A stretch of 64,000 bases of DNA from Acidobacteriota bacterium (GTDB taxonomy: Bacteria > Acidobacteriota > UBA6911 > RPQK01 > JAJDTT01): positions 1,056,001-1,120,000 of the forward strand of contig OZ253580.1 in NCBI GenBank assembly GCA_965263035.1, read 5' to 3'. How positions within the stretch are numbered: the stretch's first letter is position 1; every line of letters starts with the position of its first letter. The notes below the pieces were generated by a model. That model was not told where the DNA came from. It saw nothing but the letters and a program-made list of their open reading frames with translations, and made no database searches. Below are positions 1-8,630 of the stretch, piece after piece. The translations under genes were made by a program, and so were the position numbers.

Positions 1-899
1 CGCTGGCGGACCTGGTGAACGAAATCATTCATGATGGGGATGTTTCGCCGCTGCTCGCCCAGCTTGAAGAACATGGGCATCCGGATCCAGTCCAGTTCGA
101 CTCCGTCGACGTCATAGCGCTGGCAGATGCCTTCGACGACTTCCAGATAACGGGCCCGGGTTCCCTCCAGAGCGTAATTGTAAGCAGGCCACGACCAGAG
201 ATCCCGGGATGCCAACCCTCTCCGGTCCAACACATCCTTGAGGGGATTCTCCTCGACGACTTGACGTCTCAGCTCGGACTCTGACGGGAGTACGTTGGAG
301 GGCGTCTCGCCCTGCTGTGCCCTCTGTTCCTCCAACCGGATGAATTTCGTGACCCAGGGCAGATATTTTTTCTCCCAATGTTCTTGCGAGATGTAACCGA
401 GTAGCAGCTCCGGGTGCTGGAGCCGAAACGGCACCCAGTATCCTCGATTGGGAGGGAAGTAGGCTGCATGGGTATCGTTCATTCGAATGGAATAAAAGAA
501 CTCCATCCCGTTACGACGTGCGAAGTCGACGACGTGTTTGACCGGGTTGGGCGCCAGGACGGCGATCCTCTCGGTAGGAAACTCCCAATCAGGTTCGTTC
601 GTGTGGCCGTTGTAGAAAATGGAGTTCACCTGAGTTCCTTCCAGGTACTTCATAGTGTAACTCAAGTATTGATCCACCGACTGGACCGGTGCAGGAAACG
701 TTCCCCGCCCACGGGCAGTACTCTGGATGTCACTTCCATCGTTGTTCCACACCAGCCGACGATTACGGCGGCGGGCTGCAAGCCGGTCTCTTGGGATCGA
801 TCTTGACCTCACGGCAGGACCTGCACTCTCCTGACTACAGGCCGTAGCCAGTGCAGTTACCGCTGTCAACTCTTTCAAAAAGACTCTTCGATTCTCCAA
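1..899 (-). CDS. Family 10-like glycoside hydrolase (GHL10/DUF187-like), Tat lipoprotein; 3' end runs off the window
   Basis: Not in the ORF track; translated by hand from TTG at 899 after a GGAGGAG RBS. MENRRVFLKELTAVTALATAC gives a twin-Arg signal and lipobox; later motifs RRLVWNNDG, MEFFYSIRMNDTH and RYDVDGVELDW. The frame is open to base 1. Confidence 0.75.
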   Translation of the reverse strand, partial: MENRRVFLKELTAVTALATACSQESAGPAVRSRSIPRDRLAARRRNRRLVWNNDGSDIQSTARGRGTFPAPVQSVDQYLSYTMKYLEGTQVNSIFYNGHTNEPDWEFPTERIAVLAPNPVKHVVDFARRNGMEFFYSIRMNDTHAAYFPPNRGYWVPFRLQHPELLLGYISQEHWEKKYLPWVTKFIRLEEQRAQQGETPSNVLPSESELRRQVVEENPLKDVLDRRGLASRDLWSWPAYNYALEGTRARYLEVVEGICQRYDVDGVELDWIRMPMFFKLGEQRRNIPIMNDFVHQVRQ

Positions 900-998
900 T
901 TTACTCCTCCTCAAAATGTCCTTACTGTCAGCGTTTCTTCGCCCGCCCGCATCAAACTCCCGGTAAACGTCTTGTGGCGGCTTCCTGGAATGCGGAAG

Positions 999-1165
999 CT
1001 AGGAGCCTGCGCCGCAGAAATCGATCTACTGCGAAAGCGGTAGAATCGGTCCATATTTCCCCGATTTCTCGGCGAATAGAACAACTATGCACCTCCAAAT
1101 CGAGAAAATCTGGCCTCGATTCCCCACTTTCTCGCTACGATCATTTCTACCGCGCAGACTCCTAG
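999..1165. mobile_element. MITE family A, copy 1 (167 bp including flanking CTAG)
   Basis: Terminal inverted repeats CTAGGAGCCTGCGCCGCAGAAA / TTTCTACCGCGCAGACTCCTAG; near-identical inverted copy at 51669-51835. Confidence 0.85.
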
Positions 1166-1290
1166 TCCTCCGCTCTTCAACGAAGCATTCCAGGTTCCTT
1201 TCTGCAGCACCTGGCTGCTTCCCATTCGAGTCTGAGCCGCGACTCCTGACGGACGGTACTCAGATACAAATTCACCAATCCGAGCGAGTA

Positions 1291-2556
1291 CTAGACCCGC
1301 TCGATCTTGACTTCCAACAGATAGATTCGGCTGCGCTCGCCGGAGTTGGGAGGAACCGGCTCCCAGCCGAAAGGAGTTCGGTCGTAAACCAGAAAAACCC
1401 GGTTCGGAGAGACCTCGATCACATCGATGTACGCTGATGTTTGCTTTGCATTCATCTGAAAGGAACTTGGAGCCGTCCGATTGTGATAAGCTATAAGGTC
1501 GACGGATTCCCACTTCTGGCCACGGGAATCTCCGGAAATCCACAGAAAGAGTCCCGGCCGACCCGTCACGAGCGTCAAAGCACCATTGGCCAGCCGAAGC
1601 AGTTGGGGGGCCACACTGTAAGCCGGCAGCCGGTCCACCCGGGACCAACTCTTTCCCCCGTCACCGCTGTAGGCGCGCGCCAACTTCTGGTCTTCTCCGG
1701 AACCGACTCGGCTCACACACATCAAGTCTCCGTCTGCCAAACGCACCAGGCAGGGCTCATCGAAGCCTTCTTTGGCATCGGGTACGGAGTCGGGTCCGGC
1801 GATTGTGGACAAATAGCGCCAGTGACGCCCTCCATCGTCCGAGGCCACTGCAACGGTGCCCCACCGAGCGTCTCCGTCGAACCGCACGGAGATCGTAGCG
1901 ACGTATTGGTCCAATTCCAAAATATCGCTGAACCAGTTAATTCGGGCCCACCAAGTGCGGCTCTCCTGGGACCAGGGTTCGACATCACGCGGCAGTCCTT
2001 CCACTACAGCCCCCCACGGCTCTACCATATAGCGCTTCCCTCCCCGATCGTACGTCCATCGGTGTGCGGAGAAGCGGCGGAACTGTCCGGCGGGATCAGG
2101 TTTCAAGTAGGTCGACGTACCGATGATCCGGCCATCGCGCAGACTGATCCTGGGCTCGCCGCAGCCGTTGTGAAATCCATTCACATCGTAAGCAAAATCA
2201 AAGTTCAGTCCCTCGTCCGTGGAAACGTGAACCGCCTGAGTGTTGGTGAGATTGATATTGACATCCGCGTTCAGGGAATGATTGAGCATCAACTCACCGG
2301 TCGAAAACTTCTCCAGGCTCGGATACCAGCAGTGCCCGGACGTCGTTTCGGCCACGACCCGAGGTTGACCCAGCCGCAGTCGGAAGTCTCTGATCCGGAT
2401 CTCCTCTCGCACCGTGGTGAAGCTCCTGGTTGAGGTCGCAGACAGCCCCGCGACGCCAAGGGCTGCCAGATGCCTCGATCCAACCTGAATGAATTCGCGC
2501 CGGTTAGACTGTTCTTCCAGATTTCTCCGATACCGGTCCTTCCTTGTAGAGTCCAC
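1291..2556 (-). CDS. Sialidase-like (BNR/Asp-box) beta-propeller protein, Tat-exported
   Basis: NRREFIQ twin-Arg signal; Asp boxes STDEGLNF, SDDGGRHW, SGDGGKSW; FDEP motif. Confidence 0.75.
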   Translation of the reverse strand: MDSTRKDRYRRNLEEQSNRREFIQVGSRHLAALGVAGLSATSTRSFTTVREEIRIRDFRLRLGQPRVVAETTSGHCWYPSLEKFSTGELMLNHSLNADVNINLTNTQAVHVSTDEGLNFDFAYDVNGFHNGCGEPRISLRDGRIIGTSTYLKPDPAGQFRRFSAHRWTYDRGGKRYMVEPWGAVVEGLPRDVEPWSQESRTWWARINWFSDILELDQYVATISVRFDGDARWGTVAVASDDGGRHWRYLSTIAGPDSVPDAKEGFDEPCLVRLADGDLMCVSRVGSGEDQKLARAYSGDGGKSWSRVDRLPAYSVAPQLLRLANGALTLVTGRPGLFLWISGDSRGQKWESVDLIAYHNRTAPSSFQMNAKQTSAYIDVIEVSPNRVFLVYDRTPFGWEPVPPNSGERSRIYLLEVKIERV

Positions 2557-2704
2557 GGTTCCCTCCTATACGAAATTACGAAATATTCAAAGGCTCTTTG
2601 ATCATTTCGAATCAACTGGTGTGGAATCCCCTTTTCGGCCCCAAATCGGTGGCCATCTCCTGAAACAGACGCACCCGAGGACCCTCACTCAATGTCCCTC
2701 CTGG

Positions 2705-3811
2705 TCAGCGAAGCCGGAAGTGGCAGTAACGGCTACCGTGGATGTCCTTCTCGTGACACCAGTACCCAACGAAAAAAGATCCGTCGGAAAAGGTCGCAAT
2801 TCTGGGCTCTCCGAAGGCAAAGTCGGCCCAGTACATGGCCTCCGTATCCTCGTCCTCCTCCCGGAAACCGGCGACTGCCCTCCAGAGGATGTCTTCGAAC
2901 TCGAGATGAAAACCCTTTTCGTCAGGACGGGCGATGGCAAACCCCACACCGGGAGGATTGCCGTACCGACGGTTGAAAGCACAGGCTACCCGGCCATCCT
3001 GGAGTGCGTGAACGGCAGTCGTCTGGCCGATCAGCCCGGTGGATCGATTGGAGCAGAAGCTCTTGCCCCCGTCCCGGGAAATACTGTATTGGACAGGCAG
3101 ATCTTCACCCGCTTCCATATCTCGAGCATAGGCAATGCCGAGGACCCCGCCATCGGCCATCTCTTCCACCCATACCTCCTGGTAGGCAATTTTCCCGGAA
3201 GGATCATCCATGAATTCGGCGTAATCGGGCCAACTCTCTCCCTGATCATGGCTTATCATGACGGCCGCTTTGCCCTGATTGTCGTTCGCGCCGGTGTGAT
3301 CCAACCAGGGTGCAAAAGGAGCCAGCCAGCCTCCTTGCCGGGTGGCACAAATCACTCCGCCCACTTCGGGAGGCTCGGGATAGCACATGGGAATGGACCG
3401 GATAGGACTCCAGCTGACACCCTGGTCATCTGAGACAGAGAAAATCAGCTCGGTGTGGGAAGCGCCCCCGGTCTCGCGATCATAGTAGGTCTCGCCGGCA
3501 GCGGGAGTGTCCCAGAGCATCCCTAATCCCAGCAACTTTCCGTTCTGGGTCCGGCTCACATTGAGCCGCCCGCTCTTCCCGGACGAACGCCAGTCCCACA
3601 TCGGGCCCTGATCTTGCCAACTGCTTCCCCAATCGTCAGAGCGGAAGATTCGGCTATAACTGCGCCCGGTTCCGATTTCGAGGTGGAACCCGACGGACGC
3701 AACCAAAGTGTCGTCCGCCAAGCGGACGATCTGGCAGTGCCTGGGATAGGCTCCGTTTTCGTCCGGCTGGCTCAAGAAATAGCCCTCTGAAAATATTTCA
3801 ACTCTCTTCAC
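2705..3811 (-). CDS. Sialidase-like (BNR/Asp-box) protein
   Basis: Asp boxes SDDWGSSW, SDDQGVSW, SHDQGESW, SRDGGKSF; start placed at GTG 3811 behind GGAGGG; no signal peptide seen. Confidence 0.75.
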   Translation of the reverse strand: MKRVEIFSEGYFLSQPDENGAYPRHCQIVRLADDTLVASVGFHLEIGTGRSYSRIFRSDDWGSSWQDQGPMWDWRSSGKSGRLNVSRTQNGKLLGLGMLWDTPAAGETYYDRETGGASHTELIFSVSDDQGVSWSPIRSIPMCYPEPPEVGGVICATRQGGWLAPFAPWLDHTGANDNQGKAAVMISHDQGESWPDYAEFMDDPSGKIAYQEVWVEEMADGGVLGIAYARDMEAGEDLPVQYSISRDGGKSFCSNRSTGLIGQTTAVHALQDGRVACAFNRRYGNPPGVGFAIARPDEKGFHLEFEDILWRAVAGFREEDEDTEAMYWADFAFGEPRIATFSDGSFFVGYWCHEKDIHGSRYCHFRLR

Positions 3812-3982
3812 CGGTCGCCCTCCACGACTACGTGACAATTAAAGTTAGGATATGGCCCGACGATCTGCGACGGCTCTTCACGCCGAACCCCGCGGATTCG
3901 CCGAGTCGCCCAGGCCGACCATTTGACGGTGCTTTAGTCGAACAAGCTGAGCGCCTTGCTTTCCCGAATACGTCTCTGTTCT

Positions 3983-6460
3983 TCAATGTCCCACCACCAG
4001 GTAAGAAATCAGCAGCCAGGGCAGCAGGGCTAGACCGCCCCACATGAGATTTGTCTTCCAGCCTTTTTCGCGCGTCGGAAGCATGCTCAAGAGCGGGCCA
4101 AAAATCAGGCCCGCCAGTAAGGAGACGACGGCAATCCATTGAAAGCTCACACCGGGCTGGCCGGTCAACACGTCCCAGAAGACGATCAGAGCGCCTGCCA
4201 AAAAACTGTAAATGGCTCCAAACGCCGCCCCAAAAGGGGTGGCAAAGGATACGAACAGGGCCAAAAAGAAGAGAATGAACAGGGGGACCAGAAAGAGGTA
4301 GTTGGTCTTGACTGCCACCTCCTGGATGTTACCGGGCACCTTATCGATGACCGAACTGATCAAGACCACGGCTACTCCAATGCCCACAGTGAGATAGCGG
4401 GCTGTCGCCAGGTGATATCTTTCCGTGTCCTTCTTGGACCGGTTGAGAAAATCCACCATGATGACCGTAGAAACAGAGTTGATCCCAGAATCGAGACTGG
4501 ACATCACAGCGGCAAACATTGCCACAATCACTAATCCGGCCAAGCCGATAGGGAGATAGTTTGCAACGTAGTGTGGGAAAATATAGTCGGCATCTTCAAT
4601 CAGACTTTGACCGTCGGGAATGAGGTGCGGATTCACACTGAAAAAGCCAAGCAGCGCAAATCCGACTAACGCCAGGACCACGGTAATAAAGATGCCGGCC
4701 ACGGAGTTGACCAGGAAAGCGCGTCGTGCCGCCGTGGCGTCTCGGGTGGCCAGGTAGCGTTGAATCGCCAGTTGGTCGGAGCCGGCAGTACAAATCCAGT
4801 AGATCAGGCTGTTCAGAAAGGCGCCCACGACGGTGGCGCGCACTGCCGGGTCCAGGGAGAAAAAGGGCTGAACGTCCCAGTTGGGGGCCCAGGACGTCGG
4901 AAACCAAGCGTTAAAGCTTCCCAGTTCACGATTGATCATCACAATGGTGAGAACCGCTCCCCCGAAAAGAATAAAAAACTGTGTCACGTCGGTGATCACC
5001 ACGGCACGCAAGCCGCCCAGTGCCGTGTAAATCACGGTAACGAATCCAGCCACGATCACGATATAAGGGAGAGTTTCCAGAGGCCAACCCAATACCACCA
5101 CCATGACTCTTCCCGTGAGGTAAATCATCAGCGCCATCCATACCAGTCGGGTGACGATGAAAATGAACGAGCCCAGCAATCGGATCCGGGTTCCGAGCCG
5201 GCGTTCCAGGATCTCGTAGGCGCTGGTGATGGGCAGACGCACCAGATACGGAATCAGGCCGTAACCGACGATGACATAGATGAGCGGGATCATTGCCACA
5301 CTGGCGAGAACTACGGGGCCATGTTTGATCATCTCCCCGGGATGAGCCAGGTAGGAAACCGTACTGAGTAGAGTGGCGAAAAGGGATATGCCAATGGCAA
5401 AGGAATTCATTTGTCGTCCGCCCACAAAAAATTCCTCGGTACTTTCCATCTTGCGCGATAGAAACCATCCGACCCCCAAGACTGCAGTGCCGTAAAAGAG
5501 CATCACGGTCCAATCCAGCCAACTCAAACCCCGATGTTGCCGGCGTTCGATACGCAAAAGGGCGTGAGCCGCGCCGACGCGCACATCGATATCCTCGCTC
5601 CTCAGCAGTGCGTCCAGTACATCCTCATCTAGCCGATCTCCCGCAGTTCCCAGGGCACCGCACACTTCGACTTTCTGCGCCGTGTTCCCCGTTGTGAGGT
5701 ATTCCAACAACTCCTGCCGAGCCTTCGACCTTCGTTCTCCGGAGGAATGGACGAAAAAGGCGCCCAGGGCATAGACTCGGCTGCGGTCCTCGGAGGATAG
5801 GCTGAACGCGATTTGCTCTAGTCGAGCCAAGGAAGCGGGCTGGATCTTTTTCAAGTTCCGCAGTGCGTAACTGACGGTAGCGCGCCCGTCCGAAGAGTCC
5901 AGGAGCTTAGCCAGGGCCACTTCGTCGTCAGCGTCCCCTGAGTTGGCTAAGGCCCACCGGGCGAAGGCGCGAAAAGAGCCTTTATCCTCCCTCGCGACCC
6001 GTAGGAGTTCCGCTGGCCGCTCGGAGTAGCCCAGTTTGGCCAGCGCTTCCACGGCGTGCACTCGGTCCGCTCCTTGTACATCCAAAAAGGCCTGTCGGAT
6101 TTTTCCGGTATGCCGTTTGGCGGCCGCTTGATTGTTGCCTTGCGCTTTGGCCAACGCTCTCCACAGCCCGATGCGATAGAAGGGACCCGCGTTTGCCAAT
6201 TCCTCTTCCAGCGCTTCCTTGACTCCCGCGTAGTAGCCATTCCAGAGCAGTGCCTCGGCGGCTCGCACCTTGGTCCACTGGCGGCCTTCTTCCAATGCCT
6301 GACGCAGGATGAATACCGCCCGTTCCCGACGTTCACCCTGCTGAGTCAATGACGTTGTGGGCGCGGCACCAACCCACGCTATGGACAGGACGAAGCTCAG
6401 GCAGCTGACCCACAGCAGCAAGTAAACGGGCGCTATGCTGAAAACTGCGGAGAAGCGCAC
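3983..6460 (-). CDS. Sodium:solute symporter (SSS) with N-terminal HEAT-like repeat domain
   Basis: C-terminal ~500 aa have SSS motifs (EEFFVGGR, YTALGGLRAVVITD, DQLAIQRYL, AAVMSSLDSGINS). N-terminal ~280 aa have HEAT-like repeats (VRAAEALL, VHAVEALAKLG, VRVGAAHALLRI). Confidence 0.85.
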   Translation of the reverse strand: MRFSAVFSIAPVYLLLWVSCLSFVLSIAWVGAAPTTSLTQQGERRERAVFILRQALEEGRQWTKVRAAEALLWNGYYAGVKEALEEELANAGPFYRIGLWRALAKAQGNNQAAAKRHTGKIRQAFLDVQGADRVHAVEALAKLGYSERPAELLRVAREDKGSFRAFARWALANSGDADDEVALAKLLDSSDGRATVSYALRNLKKIQPASLARLEQIAFSLSSEDRSRVYALGAFFVHSSGERRSKARQELLEYLTTGNTAQKVEVCGALGTAGDRLDEDVLDALLRSEDIDVRVGAAHALLRIERRQHRGLSWLDWTVMLFYGTAVLGVGWFLSRKMESTEEFFVGGRQMNSFAIGISLFATLLSTVSYLAHPGEMIKHGPVVLASVAMIPLIYVIVGYGLIPYLVRLPITSAYEILERRLGTRIRLLGSFIFIVTRLVWMALMIYLTGRVMVVVLGWPLETLPYIVIVAGFVTVIYTALGGLRAVVITDVTQFFILFGGAVLTIVMINRELGSFNAWFPTSWAPNWDVQPFFSLDPAVRATVVGAFLNSLIYWICTAGSDQLAIQRYLATRDATAARRAFLVNSVAGIFITVVLALVGFALLGFFSVNPHLIPDGQSLIEDADYIFPHYVANYLPIGLAGLVIVAMFAAVMSSLDSGINSVSTVIMVDFLNRSKKDTERYHLATARYLTVGIGVAVVLISSVIDKVPGNIQEVAVKTNYLFLVPLFILFFLALFVSFATPFGAAFGAIYSFLAGALIVFWDVLTGQPGVSFQWIAVVSLLAGLIFGPLLSMLPTREKGWKTNLMWGGLALLPWLLISYLVVGH

Positions 6461-6509
6461 TCCTCCCGGGGACTTGGAAGTTCCGCCGTTCCTATCAGAG
6501 AGACGAGGC

Positions 6510-6590
6510 TGTATGAATATATGGAATCTTAGAAATTATAGATTAACTAATTACATATAGTTTGCAAGAATGATGTCCCAATGTCAAGGG
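6510..6590 (-). promoter_or_regulatory. AT-rich regulatory region upstream of the SSS/sialidase cluster
   Basis: Strongly AT-rich tract with TTGACA and TATAAT on the minus strand, though not at canonical spacing to each other. Confidence 0.35.
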
Positions 6591-6996
6591 TACGAGTCTT
6601 CGGAAGTTCCCCCATTTTGGGAAAAAACCGACCCATTTCACTTGTCTAGTCATCTTGTTCGCCTGTTATCAATCACTTGAGGCGATTCCACCTCAGTTTT
6701 TGTGGAAACTCCTTGTCTCGGTGGTCTTGACATATCGGTCTGGAATTCCCCTTTTTTTCTGACTCGCTTTACGGGACTGCTTCGGGAACACCCTCACCAA
6801 GACCCGTTGTTCCCTCATCATGAGTATTTTCGTTGGTGTCCTTCTCTAGCTCATTTCAGGTACTGTTCTTGATTGAGGCAACAATTCCATTTCGGGTGCT
6901 TACATGGTGAGGAAACTCGGACCTTTACCGGCGAGGAGATCGAAACTATCCTTGTCCAAAATGCGACCCGACTTCTAGCCTTCGTCTGAACCGACA

Positions 6997-8592
6997 ATGC
7001 CACCCGAACTGATCATCTCCAACGGAACCCTGCTGGACGGGACCGGCGCCCCGCCGAGAACCGGTGACGTGGCCGTCTCCCAGGGCAGAATCTCGGACGT
7101 CGGGAACCTCGGAGCCGTCGCGGATGTCCCCCGGATCGATGCCTCCGGCCTCTACGTGACACCCGGCTTCATCGACATCCACAGCCACTCCGACTATTCC
7201 CTGGTGGTGGACCCGCGGGCGGTCAGCGCCATCAGTCAGGGAGTGACCCTGGAGGTCATCGGAAATTGCGGCCACGGCTGCGCACCCGTGGAGAGTGTGG
7301 AGTTGGCGGCCAGCAACATCTACGGCTACCAGTCCTCGCTGGGCATCCCCTGGAAGACCATGGCCCAGTACCTGGAGCACCTGGAGTCCCTCGAACCGGC
7401 CCTCAACGTCGCCACGCTGGCCGCCAACGGCAACCTTCGCCTGGCCACGCTGGGCCTGGCGGATCGCCCCGCCGACCCGGGAGAGTTGAGACAGATGGAG
7501 AAGCGCCTCTCCCAGGCCCTGGAGGAAGGGGCGTTCGGATACTCCACGGGGCTGGAGTACAACTGCGAGCAGGGAGCCAGCGAAGAGGAGGTGGCGGCCC
7601 TGTGCCGCGTGGCCCGGAAGGCGGGCGGCTTCTACGCCACCCACACCCGAAACCGGGCGGGGGAGGCCCGGGAGACCATCGCCGAGGCGATCCGGACCGC
7701 CGCGGCGGCGCGGATCCCGCTGCAGATCTCGCACATCGCCACCGTGGCCCGGTTGGCGCCGGACAGCCACTGGGCGGTCCAGCAAGCTCTCGACCAGGTG
7801 GAGGAAGCTCGCGCCCGCGGTCAGGACGTCACCTTCGACCAGCACACCCGCATCTTCGGCACCACCAATCTCAGCACCATGCTCCCCCAATGGGCCTTGG
7901 AGGGAGGCCCCGGTGCCATTGCGGAACGGCTCAAGGACTCCCGCATCCGCAAGGAGATGAGCGAACACCACAGCATCATCGTCTCGCTGGCTCAGCGAGA
8001 CTGGAACCGGATCGTGGTCTTCCGCAGCCGGGCGCTGCCGGAGATCTCCCAGAAGAGCCTGGCCGAGATCGCCGAGACCTGGAACCTGGAGATCTTCGAC
8101 ACGGTCTGCGAAATCCTGCTGGCGGAGATCGACGATCTGCACGCCACCATGGTCATCTGCTTCGCCTACGAAGAAGCGGACCTCCACCTGCCCTTCGCCA
8201 GTCCCCACTGCATGCCCGGTTCCGACGCCATCGCGCTGGCGCCGGACGGCCCCCTGAAGAACGAGACCTTTCATGGAGCCTACACCTGGGCCGGCTACTT
8301 CTACCGCACCTTCGTCCGGGACAAGGGCCTGCTCACACCCCAGGAAGCCGTCCGCCGCATGACCTCATTCCCCGCTGCGCGCCTGGGTCTCACGGACCGG
8401 GGCACGATCCGGAAGGGCAACTGGGCCGACTTGGCCATTTTCGATCCCGAGTCCTTCGCCGACTGCGGAACGACTTTCGATCCGAACCGGGTCTGCCGGG
8501 GAATGGTCCACGTGCTGGTCAACGGAACGCCGGTCCTGGAGTCGGGACGGCTGACCGGGGCCAGACCGGGACAGGTGCTGCGCAGCGGTTAG
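6997..8592 (+). CDS. N-acyl-D-amino-acid deacylase (D-aminoacylase)
   Basis: PGFIDIHSHSD, GNCG, YATHTR, EAVRRMTSFPAARLGLTDRG and ADLAIFDP motifs. Confidence 0.9.
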   Translation: MPPELIISNGTLLDGTGAPPRTGDVAVSQGRISDVGNLGAVADVPRIDASGLYVTPGFIDIHSHSDYSLVVDPRAVSAISQGVTLEVIGNCGHGCAPVESVELAASNIYGYQSSLGIPWKTMAQYLEHLESLEPALNVATLAANGNLRLATLGLADRPADPGELRQMEKRLSQALEEGAFGYSTGLEYNCEQGASEEEVAALCRVARKAGGFYATHTRNRAGEARETIAEAIRTAAAARIPLQISHIATVARLAPDSHWAVQQALDQVEEARARGQDVTFDQHTRIFGTTNLSTMLPQWALEGGPGAIAERLKDSRIRKEMSEHHSIIVSLAQRDWNRIVVFRSRALPEISQKSLAEIAETWNLEIFDTVCEILLAEIDDLHATMVICFAYEEADLHLPFASPHCMPGSDAIALAPDGPLKNETFHGAYTWAGYFYRTFVRDKGLLTPQEAVRRMTSFPAARLGLTDRGTIRKGNWADLAIFDPESFADCGTTFDPNRVCRGMVHVLVNGTPVLESGRLTGARPGQVLRSG

Positions 8593-8630
8593 GGTCGACT
8601 CCAGCGCTTGGGCGGTCCCGGAAATCCGAT

